DNA from: Macrostomum lignano
Lineage: Eukaryota
Assembly (NCBI GenBank): GCA_002269645.1
Contig: NIVC01001519.1
Location: 124,001 to 188,000 of the forward strand
Reading direction: 5' to 3'
Length of the DNA stretch: 64,000 bases
Positions 1 to 10,899 of the stretch are shown here, piece after piece; positions within the stretch are counted from its first letter, which is position 1, and the number at the start of each line of letters is the position of its first letter. The notes under the pieces were generated by a model, which searched no databases, was not told where the DNA came from, and was given only the letters and a program-made list of their open reading frames with translations. Made by a program: the position numbers and the translations under genes.

Positions 1-116
1 AGACAGACAGACAGACAGACAGACAGACAGGCAGATAGAAAGGATGGCAGACAGACAGACAGACAGAAAGACAGACAGGCAGACACTAAGACAGACAGAC
101 AGACAGACACTAAGAC

Positions 117-153
<37 letters not shown>

Positions 154-770
154 GGCAGACAGACAGAAACTAAGACAGACAGACAGACAGAAAGACAGAC
201 AGGCAGACACTAAGACAGACAGACAGACAGACAGACAGGCAGACAGACAGACAGACACTGAGACAGACAGACAGACAGACAGACAGGCAGACAGACAGAC
301 AGACACTGAGACAGACAGACAGACAGACAGACAGGCAGACAGACAGACAGACAGACAGACAGACAGGCAGACAGACAGACAGACACTGAGACAGACAGAC
401 AGACAGACAGACAGACAGGCAGACAGACAGACAGACACTGAGACAGACAGACAGACAGACAGACAGGCAGACAGACAGACAGACACTGAGACAGACAGAC
501 AGACAGACAGACAGGCAGACAGACAGACAGACACTGAGACAGACAGACAGACAGACAGACAGGCAGACAGACAGACAGACAGACAGACAGGCAGACAGAC
601 AGACAGACACTGAGACAGACAGACAGACAGACAGACAGGCAGACAGACAGACAGACACTGAGACAGACAGACAGACAGACAGACAGGCAGACAGACAGAC
701 AGACACTGAGACAGACAGACAGACAGACAGACAGGCAGACAGACAGACAGACACTGAGACAGAAAGACAG
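1..770. repeat. (AGAC)n tetranucleotide microsatellite with AGGC/ACACTG interruptions; runs off the window start
   Basis: Direct sequence; ORFs 44..613 and 170..754 are translations of the repeat. Confidence 0.98.
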
Positions 771-2285
771 AAAAAGACTTCTCCATAATCGATATTTAAA
801 TAATCGTTACAGTCGCAAATACAAATTATGTTAAAACGGATGCACTCAGCACAAATACAAACAGTCTCTATGCACTATTTATATATTTCTGGCTAAATAA
901 AAAAAAAATTTGGAAGTTTTGCAATATAAAAACTGTTTGCGAGCTTGTAAAACATGTTCAATGATAAATTTAACAACTTGGTTGTTGATAATCACTTGAT
1001 TAAACTGATAATTCAGTGGCTGGAATAAATTTCGCAAGGCCTGGAATATTAGTATTACAGAAGCCTATAGGCATTACAGATGCCTGCGGGTGAATAAGCT
1101 TTTGTACAAAAAGCGGATGGCTGAGTATGCCATTGGAAATGCTGTACATGTACAAAAACAACAATTATAGAATATTTTTGACACAGAATAAACTAATTTC
1201 GGACACTTAAGTAGAGCTTTGTTATCAGAATCAGAAGCTACAGGAATTAATAAGGCGCGTACAGCAGAACAAGTTAAAATCAATGATTCAATAACAGGTG
1301 AAAAACAAACAATACTCGTAAAGCGAATCGCCTAATTCTACTTATAGCGTCTTAAGTATACTCAAGACCTTTCTGCCTTAGTGCCAGTAAATGCCATACA
1401 CACACACATTAACGTGTAACGCTTAAAGTTGATACGACGAGATTTCTATGGCCAAAAATCTATTAGGTGCCCGGAAATATCTGAAAGTTATTTATAGAAA
1501 TTTGTCTATGGTAGTTTGGGCGGGGTGCTCTCTCCCAGCCCCCCTCACACCAGCGTCCATCATTCTTATGACTAGCCAATCCTAGCTTATCTTTTATAGT
1601 CTATGGCTCATAGACTAGGCTGCACGCAGCCAGGCCCTTCGCAGTCAGCGTAGGCAGGATTCTCATTTTGGATGGCTTTATTCTCAGTTAGGCTGACAAA
1701 ACCAATACTATAATATACCAACACAGTCACACAGTTACAACTGGTCTGTACAGGATACTGTACTGTCCTGTAACCGTAACTGAACGCCGTTCAATCTGCA
1801 AGTCCATTGAAAGCACAGAAAATATTTATAGTTATAAGCTGCTGTTTAATTCTCAGTGGCTGGGTTGCCGAATTCGAATTTCGATAATAATTTTACACAC
1901 GAGTAAAATCAGTTCCTGGTACAAAACTATGAAGTAAAAACTCAAGTTTTAGAAACACCACAGATAGCAGAATAGCTAGATATGTGACTCGAAAAAGCGC
2001 TCTTGTCTACTCGATTTCAGTAGCACAATCAGCTTTTTACTGTTATTATAGTAATTCAAAATTATGAGATTTTATGAGACAATTTAAGCTTTCGTATATG
2101 CAACAGTCACGTTAGGATTTCTACAAAGAGAAAATCAGACCCATTTAATTAGCAGACTGGCAGATCACAGGAAAACTTAAAAAACACAAAACCAGTGCGA
2201 TAGTGCGTAGTGCAAAGCAATTTCTAGAGAGAAAATGGGTGGCGGCAGACCGACAAACAGTTTGGCTTTCCTCTTGCCCACTTGT

Positions 2286-2742
2286 GTCTGACTTTGACCT
2301 CTCTCCTTACTGCTCTCTCATTGGCTGAGCTAGATTGGGCCTGTACCCTAGGCTGGGTGTCGTCCGTCTGACTTTAACCTCTCTCCTTACTGCTCTCTCA
2401 TTGGCTGAGCTAGATTAAGCCTGTACCCTAGGCTGGGGGTCGTCCGTCTGACTTTAAACTCTCTCCTTACTGCTCTCTCATTGGCTGAGCTAGATTGGGC
2501 CTGTACCCTAGGCTGGGGGTCGTCCGTCTGACTTTAAACTCTCTCCTTACTGCTCTCTCATTGGCTGAGCTAGATTGGGCCTGTACCCTAGGCTGGGTGT
2601 CGTCCGTCTGACTTTAACCTCTCTCCTTACTGCTCTCTCATTGGCTGAGCTAGATTAAGCCTGTACCCTAGGCTGGGGGTCGTCCGTCTGACTTTAAACT
2701 CTCTCCTTACTGCTCTCTCATTGGCTGAGCTAGATTGGGCTT
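2286..2742. repeat. 80-bp tandem repeat, ~6 copies, with a 3-unit (240-bp) higher-order pattern
   Basis: GTCTGACTTT... recurs at 2286, 2366, 2446, 2526, 2606, 2686; GATTAAGC variant in copies 2 and 5. Confidence 0.93.
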
Positions 2743-3027
2743 GTCCACCAGAAGCGTCTGTCTTTCGTTCACTTGTGTACACATACATCGAGTTAAATGC
2801 TTGCTATGATCAATCTTAACCCCCCCCTCCCGAGGCCGTGAACTCCGAGGAAAGTAAGAAACTTTAGCCAACACATTAAACTTATGTGACCCTGAGCAGA
2901 AAAACTACTGAAAAGGAAGTGGACGCACTGCTTTTTCCCAACTTTAATTGTTAGTGATAAAAAATATATTTGTAAAACTAGTAAATTAGTAAAAATTTAA
3001 GATATAAAAATAATCTGTCTCAGTCGG

Positions 3028-4782
3028 TTAGGACTTAAAGGTGCGCACTACGCGGACAACATTCTGCCGACAGACTGGGCATTCGGCGCAGCGCTTGCCG
3101 CAGGCTACGCAAGCCACCATGTGGCCGCATTCCAGTAGCACGCAGTCAACTGTGGCATCCATGCAAATCTTGCACAAGTCATCGTTGTGCACCGAGTCAT
3201 GTTCGACAGCCAGCCGGCTAGCCGAGTGCTCTAGCCAGAGTCGGCGAAGTCGATCCAGCAGCTCCGATCGTTCAATGCAGCCTCTATAATCCACTCTGCG
3301 AATTGAAAGTGGGGATTAGGGGAACAGTGCCTAAGCATCAGCAAGGAATTTTCGGTTTCTTTAGCTTTGGTAACGCGTATTTTAGCTTAGGCAATGTAAG
3401 GCAAGGCAGAGGGTGGGACAGGTGGAGTAGAGTGAGGCTGGAGGGTGGGACAGGTGGGGTAGGGTGAGGCTGGAGGGTGGGACAGATGGAAGTAGGGTGA
3501 GGCTGGAGGGTGGGACAGATCGGAGTAGGGTGAGGCTGGAGGGTGGGACAGTAGGGGTAGGGTGAGGCTGGAGGGTGAGGCTGGAGGGTGGGACAGATGG
3601 GAGTAGGGTGAGGCTGGAGGGTGGGACAGGGGGAGTAGAGTGAGACTGGAGGGTGGGACAGGTGGGAGTAGGGTGAGGCTGGAGGGTGGGGCAGATGGGA
3701 GTAGGGTGAGGCTGGAGGGTCGGACAGGGAGTAGGATAGGCAGTAGAAGGTAGGACAGGCGGATAAAGGGTAATACTTAAATGAACACAGTGAAGTCAAG
3801 CGACGCTGTACCTGTTCTTAGCTAGCAGATGTTTCACCTCCTTGATTGACAGGCTATCCAATTGAGACTGGGAGTCAATCTGGCTCAGGCTGGTCACCAG
3901 CTCGTTAGGCGGTTGCCGCTGTTTAGCCTGACTTTGCTGAATCTGAACAGCCTGAGTGGCAGCATCGCTATTTGGACCAAAGTGCTCAATAATTATGTTA
4001 GCAAGTCGGCTAGTCTCCGCGTCACCGTCTTGCCGTCGGTCGCCTTGAATATCATCGTCACCATAGTCAACTTGTACAAATTGAAGAAACCAACGCAGAT
4101 TTGCAGCACCCAATGAGACCAGATCGGCGAATGTGAAATTTGGATTGCTGAGTATCTGGAGTTAAGACCAAAAATTGTTTTTTTTTTGTAGTTGAGTAAA
4201 ATCGATGAATTGCTTAAGCTACGGTACTGGTGAATCAGGACGTTGCATTGCATGTAGGAGCGTAATTAAATATTTATAATAATAATATTTAATTACACCT
4301 GCCCTAATGGCCAGATGTACAACCGACAGCTCAGCCGCTGCTATTTGCGCGGCGCATCTGAAGGCTGCGTACGGCTGGGGTCGCCACACACCCTCAGTAA
4401 CCCCAGCTAATGCTCGCACCCATTTTACAGCTGGGTGAACTGAAGCAATGCAAAGTTAAGTGTCTTGCTTAAGGACAGAGAGTGCTCCAGGTGGGAACGG
4501 GAACCGAACCCCCGACTTATTTACCTGGCAACGCCGACAAGCCAGCACAGACCAAAAAGACTGAGACGATAGAGGCAATAGAGACGGTTGAGCTGCTAGC
4601 AGAGGTCGTTTTGTGCCAAGCTGCACGCGGCCAGCGCGAGCCACAATGGCGAGGCAGCTGGCGCAGAAGTTGCAAGAACAGAGGCAGCATAGTCGGCGAC
4701 GCCTTGGCCCAAACCGGGCAAATGTGCGCTGGCAGTCAGTGCAGTGGCGCTGCTGCTGCTGGTTTAGAGCTGCTGCGTTGCC
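3028..4782 (-). CDS. RNF34: RNF34/RFFL (CARP)-like FYVE + RING E3 ubiquitin ligase; 5' end not located
   Basis: Exons 4782-4525, 4155-3812, 3295-3028 (GT-AG, frame kept). FYVE-like CTDC..CCLC..FCASC...CRRC; LDSLSIKEVKHLLAKN; C-terminal RING CKICMDATVDCVLLECGHMVACVACGKRCAECPVCRQNVVRVVRTFKS closely matching RNF34/RFFL. Confidence 0.9.
3408..3745. repeat. G-rich ~33-bp minisatellite (GAGGGTGGGACAG..TAGGGTGAGGCTG) filling an RNF34 intron
   Basis: Direct sequence; lies between exons ending 3812 and starting 3295. Confidence 0.92.
4262..4515 (-). mobile_element. 5'-truncated tRNA-derived SINE with CORE-like central domain (copy 2), in an RNF34 intron
   Basis: Reverse complement aligns by eye to 24019-24322 (GTACGCAGCCTT.AGATGCGCCGCGCAA.TAGC.GCGGCTGAGCTGTCGGTTG); B-box-like GGTTCGGTTCCC; AT-rich tail. 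Confidence 0.8.
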
Positions 4783-4991
4783 CTGCAAACAGTTGGCATT
4801 AGATAATGCTTATTGAATAAGCTGTGCAAGTAGGGTGGTTTTGCCATAGATCCTATAGTGGTGGTGGGGGGGGACAAAGCCAAGAATTCCCTTTTTCCCA
4901 TATACTAAAAATTGTTTGTTGGTATCTATGTAATCAATTAGAGAAAAAATGGCTCAACCGATTTTCTTCAAACTTGCACTATTCAATCAGG

Positions 4992-5366
4992 GGGCCATAT
5001 GCATAAAGCCTAGTCCAGACTACCTAGTCCGGACTTGGGTAGTTCAGTCTATAGTCTATGGTCTAGCTACCCTAGTTCTGTCTAACTTTGGGCCGTATGC
5101 AGAAAGCTCTGTCTAGGGTAGTCTGGTCTTGAAAAGCTAGTCTGGACTTGGATTTGGTATGCAGAAACACAAAGTTAGACCAGTCTACTATAGCAGAACT
5201 AGGGTAGCTAGACCATAGACTATAGACTGAACTATCCAAGCCCGGACTAGCTAGTCTGGACTAAGCTTTCTGCATACGGCCCTTTGTGTTTCTGCATACC
5301 AAATCCAAGTCCAGACTAGCTTTTCAAGACTGGACTACCCTAGACAGAGCTTTCTGCATATGGCCC
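4992..5366. mobile_element. PIF/Harbinger(Tourist)-like MITE containing an inverted copy of itself (inner copy 5090-5282)
   Basis: Inner 19-bp perfect TIR GGGCCGTATGCAGAAAGCT, flanked by TTT/TTT 3-bp TSD; outer halves 4992-5089 and 5283-5366 are the reverse complement of the inner copy. Confidence 0.8.
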
Positions 5367-5525
5367 AGAAATTCTTCTGTGATGGTACATGCATCATGGC
5401 TAAGAAATTGCTCAAAGCTAGAGGGATTAAATATTCAAAAAAACATGCTTTTAATTTAGGAATAAGTGTTGTTAGCATAGATTTTATTGCTATGGGTACT
5501 CATTTTATTGCCATAAAAAATTAAA

Positions 5526-5691
5526 ATGCACAACCTTGGGAATCACTTGGCCATTTCTATTGGCAACACACACATGTAAGTCGCTATTGGCTGAGAGCAG
5601 TCACGTGACAACTATTCTGTCCAATAGCAACTTACATGAGTATGTTGCCAATAGTGAATCTAGGCCAGGTGAATCCCTCTAGGTTGTGCAT
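5526..5691. mobile_element. Short palindromic MITE-like element
   Basis: ATGCACAACC..CTATTGGCAAC..CATGTAAG..CTATTGG mirrored by CCAATAG..CTTACATG..GTTGCCAATAG..GGTTGTGCAT; no clear TSD. Confidence 0.55.
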
Positions 5692-6478
5692 AAGCATGAC
5701 TATTGTCAAAACTTTTTTCCATGGATGTTTAAATTAAACTTATTTCTTTGAAATGTAAACAAAATTCTACAAACAAAAAAGACATCTCATAGTAACTCTT
5801 TGCATGACTCACAATATCTCATTATAAAAAATATCTTGATAAGTTATGTAGAAATTTTACTTTTTCTTTTAAGGAAGTCATTTTGTCTATTGGCAGACAA
5901 AAAGGCAGCAGACAAAATGACTGCGCACCATGACAGGGGGGCAAAGTATTAGTATATCCTTCCAATAGCTTTTTCTAATCCAAGGGGAAAGGCAATGCCC
6001 TATATACCATAGTCCAGAAGGTGGCCTTTACACTGGAAAATTCTGGTGTATTTTTGCTTTTGCTAACAATCTTGGCATACACTTGGCATATATAATTTTC
6101 AGGTTCAACATGAAGTATACATAGGCCTAGTCAGTGTACAAAAATAGCCATGTCAGGGCTAATTTAATCGTATAGTTAAATATCAACTATTAAAAGCTCT
6201 TTTAAAAATAATCAGAAACTTAAATAAAAAATATGAACAAAATTTATGAGAAAAACAAAATTAAAACAAAGAATATCAGTTTTTAGTAAATAAGTGTCAT
6301 GGAAAAGTAAAAAAAACTATTTTATTTATATAATGGATATTCTTTAAAAAAATTGGTATATAAGCAGATTGGGGCTTGGCATATTTTTTTAAATTTTATA
6401 TTGGCATAAATTTGAAAAAAAACATGAATTTTTATTCTGGTATACTTCTACCATGATCAAGACTATGGCCTATATGTA

Positions 6479-6753
6479 CTCAGCAACATTGAAAAGTCAC
6501 CATTCTAAGCGCCAGTTAGCAACTTCTCTTGGACTATTCTGAAATAAAAGATACGAGAAAACTGATCAGAGTAGCTTTAATCCATCCAACACTCGCACAC
6601 CGCTTCTCCTATTTCATTCCTTAATAGTCAACTCAAGTCTGCCGCTGTGTAGTGAGTTGCATTACTTGAAAATATTGAGAGACTTTACCTGCACTCGAAA
6701 GTGGCGATCACAGACAGAATCTTCTGTGATGGCGACTTTTCAATGTTGCTAAG
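6479..6753. mobile_element. Tc1/mariner-type (TA-flanked) MITE
   Basis: TIR CTCAGCAACATTGAAAAGTCACCAT / ATGGCGACTTTTCAATGTTGCTAAG, TA on both sides. Confidence 0.65.
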
Positions 6754-6756
6754 TAG

Positions 6757-7015
6757 ACGCATGGCCAAGACTGCCACACACCAAGACCACCACAGCTATT
6801 ACTGGCTACTGGTATTGAGGGGGAGCTAGGCCTACCAATCTTATAGCATTGCTATTCCTCTCATAGCCGTCATAGGTTCTTTTCTCGCTGCTGGCTCTCC
6901 TACCCACTCATCTCCTCTCTAGCACTATCTAATAACACATAAATTCAAATTTCTCCCTTAGCTCCCCAGGCCCAAGTGTGGCGGTCTTGGTGTGTGGCAG
7001 TCTTGGTCCTACACC
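6757..7015. mobile_element. MITE with 9-bp TSD (Mutator-like); a related copy at ~18160-18440
   Basis: TIR CCAAGACTGCCACACACCAAGACC / GGTCTTGGTGTGTGGCAGTCTTGG; GCTAAGTAG at 6748-6756 and 7016-7024. Confidence 0.65.
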
Positions 7016-8451
7016 GCTAAGTAGGCCTCTATGAATAACTTGACAAAGTCAGAGTTGTTATCATATAATTAATTTTGCATAATACATAGGCAATCTTTAT
7101 ATATACTAACCTTACTATAAATTTAAGAAATGCATTTTTCAAATGAAAATTGAAAAAAGGGAAAATTTTAAAATTTAAAATTGTTGATCAAATTTCTAAC
7201 ATAATTTGCTGCACTTTATACTATTCTTTTACTTTATTAATGTTTATAGGCTACCTATCAAAACAATATAGATATAGTCACTCGATTAAATACATAGTTA
7301 TTATATTAACAATAGATTAAATACAGTCTGCATTGACTTTAGAGGTCACAACACAAGCAATCAAAAAATCAAATAACACTACTGACCCAGATAAATAGTC
7401 AGAAAATAGTAAACTAAACTTTTCAAACTTTTTACTAATTTAAAAATTTAAAGGTTCCAACTAATATTATTATTTCTCTTTGAAGTGTATTTTAACTATT
7501 TTAAACTGTACGAAATTAATGTAGCGATTTCACCGATAGATTTTCAGACAGACGATTCAAATAAACGAGTGTTCTGTCTAACAAAGATGCTCAATGCAGA
7601 CTGTATTTTAGCCATCTTTTTACGCATTTGTGAGCTTTCTTTTGATGTAAAATTTTTATTTTTTATGGTCGAATTAAAGAAAAAATGTCAAAAAAACTAC
7701 GGTTTAGCAACACGAAAGTTTGCATTGTTTCAGCTCTGCTTTAAGTTTAAAGGGATTTTTTTACAAATTTTATAGTTATCTTTTTGAACAGAAATTCATT
7801 TCTACACCTTTACGCCCATCTCGGCAACAACGATGCGTGTCACGCATACAATATTGTGCTTCCTCTAAGAAGCTTTTTTCGTTTAAAGCATGATTGTATA
7901 CTTCCTGCTTAACTCTAAGTCGAAAAAGACTCCTGCCTCTGCTAAAAATATTCGCTTGTCGTCAGTTAAATTTCAATGTAAAGCTTACGCATACCTCTGC
8001 TTTTAATTGACATTGCGAGTGCTCTTAATCAACGTTTATAGTCGGAAAAAATGCGCTCGAAGTGTGTCTGCGCTGGAATTTTATAGGTCTCAAAATAAAT
8101 CATGGATTTTTTGTTGCAATACGGCGCTGAATATTTTTGTCTTTGAGTCCTAAATATCAGTTACAATTTTTACGCATGTCTCAACTTTAAAATGAAGCCT
8201 TGGGCACTTAAAATGACTGAAAAGTTTTGCTGATACTTAAAAGTAAACTATGTCAAAGCAATTAACTAACAATATTAGGCGTAACGTGAGGCCAAAACTC
8301 CTAAACGAAACGATTTGAAGCATTATACGAGGCATATCTGTATTGTCGATTATTTTTTATAGTTTTATAATATTTTAACGAACTTAAGAAACGAAAAATG
8401 GGCAAAACAACCTAAGAGTTGAATAAAGGTGAAAAAAAGTTTTTTCTATAT

Positions 8452-10510
8452 TGTTGTGAGCCCCGTCCTACGGAGTAACGCATACAGCTTTAACCTGTCG
8501 GGAAGCTGCGACCCCCAGGTCCCCAGTCAGAGCTCCCGTCCCGCGCCCTAGGGAGAAGCAGAAAAAGGACAGTAACTCGCGAACACGAACTTACACACCG
8601 TAGCCGATGCAGTTCGCCGTGCACTTTTTATGGTAGATCGACGAGTCGTTAATAGCCAACGGAGGCGGACCAACGCGCGCAAGGGAGGAGTCTGCCCTCC
8701 AGACAGCGACTATATATTTTTCATTGGTCCTACGCGTACATGAATATAACTTAAGAACAAATGTACGGTACAGCAGGGGAGGTGGGGCGGGGTGGCGTGA
8801 TCGGCGTACGCATTGATTATTGATTGGAGGGGTGGGGCAGACTGGAGGGTTGGGGCGGGGCAGGAGGGCGAGAAAGGGCACGATTGCACAACAGTATGGT
8901 AAAGTAGGTCGTGTAGTTCTCTTAATTTTTTAATTCTCTCAGCTGTCAATCTGTAGGCAGCACTCTTCGCACACGCTGGCGTTGACAGACAAAGCCAGCA
9001 AGCAAGACTTACGATGCCAAAACAGACACGAGGGGCATTCGATCTACATATTTGATGGGTTTCGACCTTCGGGCTCCTCGTTAGGGAAGCCTTCGGGCCT
9101 CAGGCTCAGAAATAAATCAATGAGACCTGGCCCCCCACTCCTGTCAGATGGTCAGCCCCATGGTAGCTTGATCGTGTGGCGAGCAGTCTAGGTCCTATAG
9201 CTAAGAGAGGGACAGCGAGAGACGAGCAGGGAGAATTTTGAAAGTAGAAATTAGCTAATCCGCAGATCAACTAACTTGCTGCCACCAGCCCGTGCGCCCT
9301 GGCTCACCACACCGGGACTCTCGAAATCGGGCTTCCGACTAGAAGGGGCTTTGCACTTACCTGCCAACTAGTGTCTTTTTGCTGTCAATCTCGAAGTCAT
9401 AGCCGATGATAAGGGACACTGCTGGGACGTGATCGCATTGGCCATGCAGGTACAGAGAGGGGACTTGTGCAGGGGATTCTTGCAGTGGCGAGACTATGGG
9501 GTAGCTACATGTACTATTACATTGCTAAATACGAAGATATGTACTTTTGGCCTTCAACGCGCCAACTAGCCTCTCCTAGCGCTGATGATAGGCTAACTCG
9601 AACTTCAGAGACCGCATGATTCATTTACCCGAGCCGCTTGGCTACCCTAGAGTGCACAAAGTACATCTCTGGCGCCGATTCTGCACTTCTGGCAGTTTTG
9701 CTCACTGATTTGATAGATTGGTCGACTGAGAACTGCCTTGCCATTGGTCCACTGTGACCGGCGCCTACTAGCTTAGCCACTCATCTGAGCCATCGGCGAA
9801 CAAAGAAATAAAACCGATAAAAATAACTGTTAGATTTAACCTTCTCCTTTAGTTCACTTCACACTTCAGATTGAATTGGAGTCTTAGACTACTAACAGTA
9901 TTATTGAATGATTCCTGCCTCAGCAACAGCACTACTGAACAAAATGAGCAAAAGTGTGCGCCTAATTCAGCTACTGAAACAGGGGACAGATAAGGAATCA
10001 CCCAATCAAGCAAGTCCAGGTAGCCTCTCACCCAACCAATCAGGAACTCAACAGCCGGAGACCAGGTAATCCACAGTGACCGAATCGGCTTGATGCTCTG
10101 CAGCTGTTGACTCGGGATGATGCTGTCACAGTCTTCGCTGTTAGCTAGCAGGTGATGCTCTTAACTTGATGTTCGCTGCTGATGACCGGGGGACTCGTCC
10201 TTGATGATGATGGGGGGAAGTCGCAATCCGGGGATCAAGAAACGACGGTCAGTTCCGAGCCGGTGGAGTAGGAACCAGGCCAGAGTCGGAACAGGTTGAG
10301 GTCCGAGCGGGCCAAAAACACCGGTTTATATAGCCGCCAACTGGACCGCAGTTTGTTATAATGGAACACGTCAATTCTGATTGGCTGAGCCGTTTTGTTA
10401 AAATGAGCGCCGAATTTTCTGATTGGCTAAGCTTGTTGCTACCCAGAATCACGTGACCGGGAGATCCTATCAGTTCCCACAGGGTCGTAAAAAGATGACA
10501 GGTGCGGCCA
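8452..10510 (-). mobile_element. Solo-LTR-like GC-richer insertion (~2.06 kb)
   Basis: TG...CA ends, imperfect 5-bp flanks TATAT/TAAAT, sharp GC shift against AT-rich flanks; two CCAAT boxes (10379-10386, 10420-10427) and TATA-like TATATAAA (~10326-10333) on the minus strand; no recognisable ORF. Confidence 0.45.
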
Positions 10511-10899
10511 TAAATCAATCAAAATCGCAACGAAATGATTTATGACTTTTCGCGTAGGATTGACAGAAATTAATGAAAAAATATACATTAGAAAGCTCTT
10601 ATTAAATAGAAAGTGAAGATAATGAAGAGAAATTGCTAATCGCTAATCCCAAGGTACTTTTAGGGGTAAAACGCATAGCTGTCAAAGCTGTCACACGCTT
10701 GAGTGAATCCGAACAATAGGCTCTGACCTCATAAATCTTGATGGCCTGTCACAATGACGAGAAAAAAGCTACCGCCCGCATCCTCTCAGACCATCTGGCG
10801 CCCGCTTCAACACTGAGTGAGGCGCAGGTGGCTGTCAGACCAACTTTGAAAGCGACGATTTATGACCCAAAAAGCTGCGCCTATGTTATTATGACTACT

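Noticed and set aside
780-1340. AT-rich stop-interrupted reading frames, possible pseudogene or TE fragment
   Set aside because: No recognisable motif.
9055-9110. Hammerhead-ribozyme-like motif on the minus strand (CTAACGA-GGAGCCCGAAGGTC-GAAAC); two C(TTCG)G hairpins on the plus strand
   Set aside because: The essential core G5 is A, stem II is imperfect, and I could not form stems I and III; at best a decayed motif. An Infernal search with hammerhead models would settle it.
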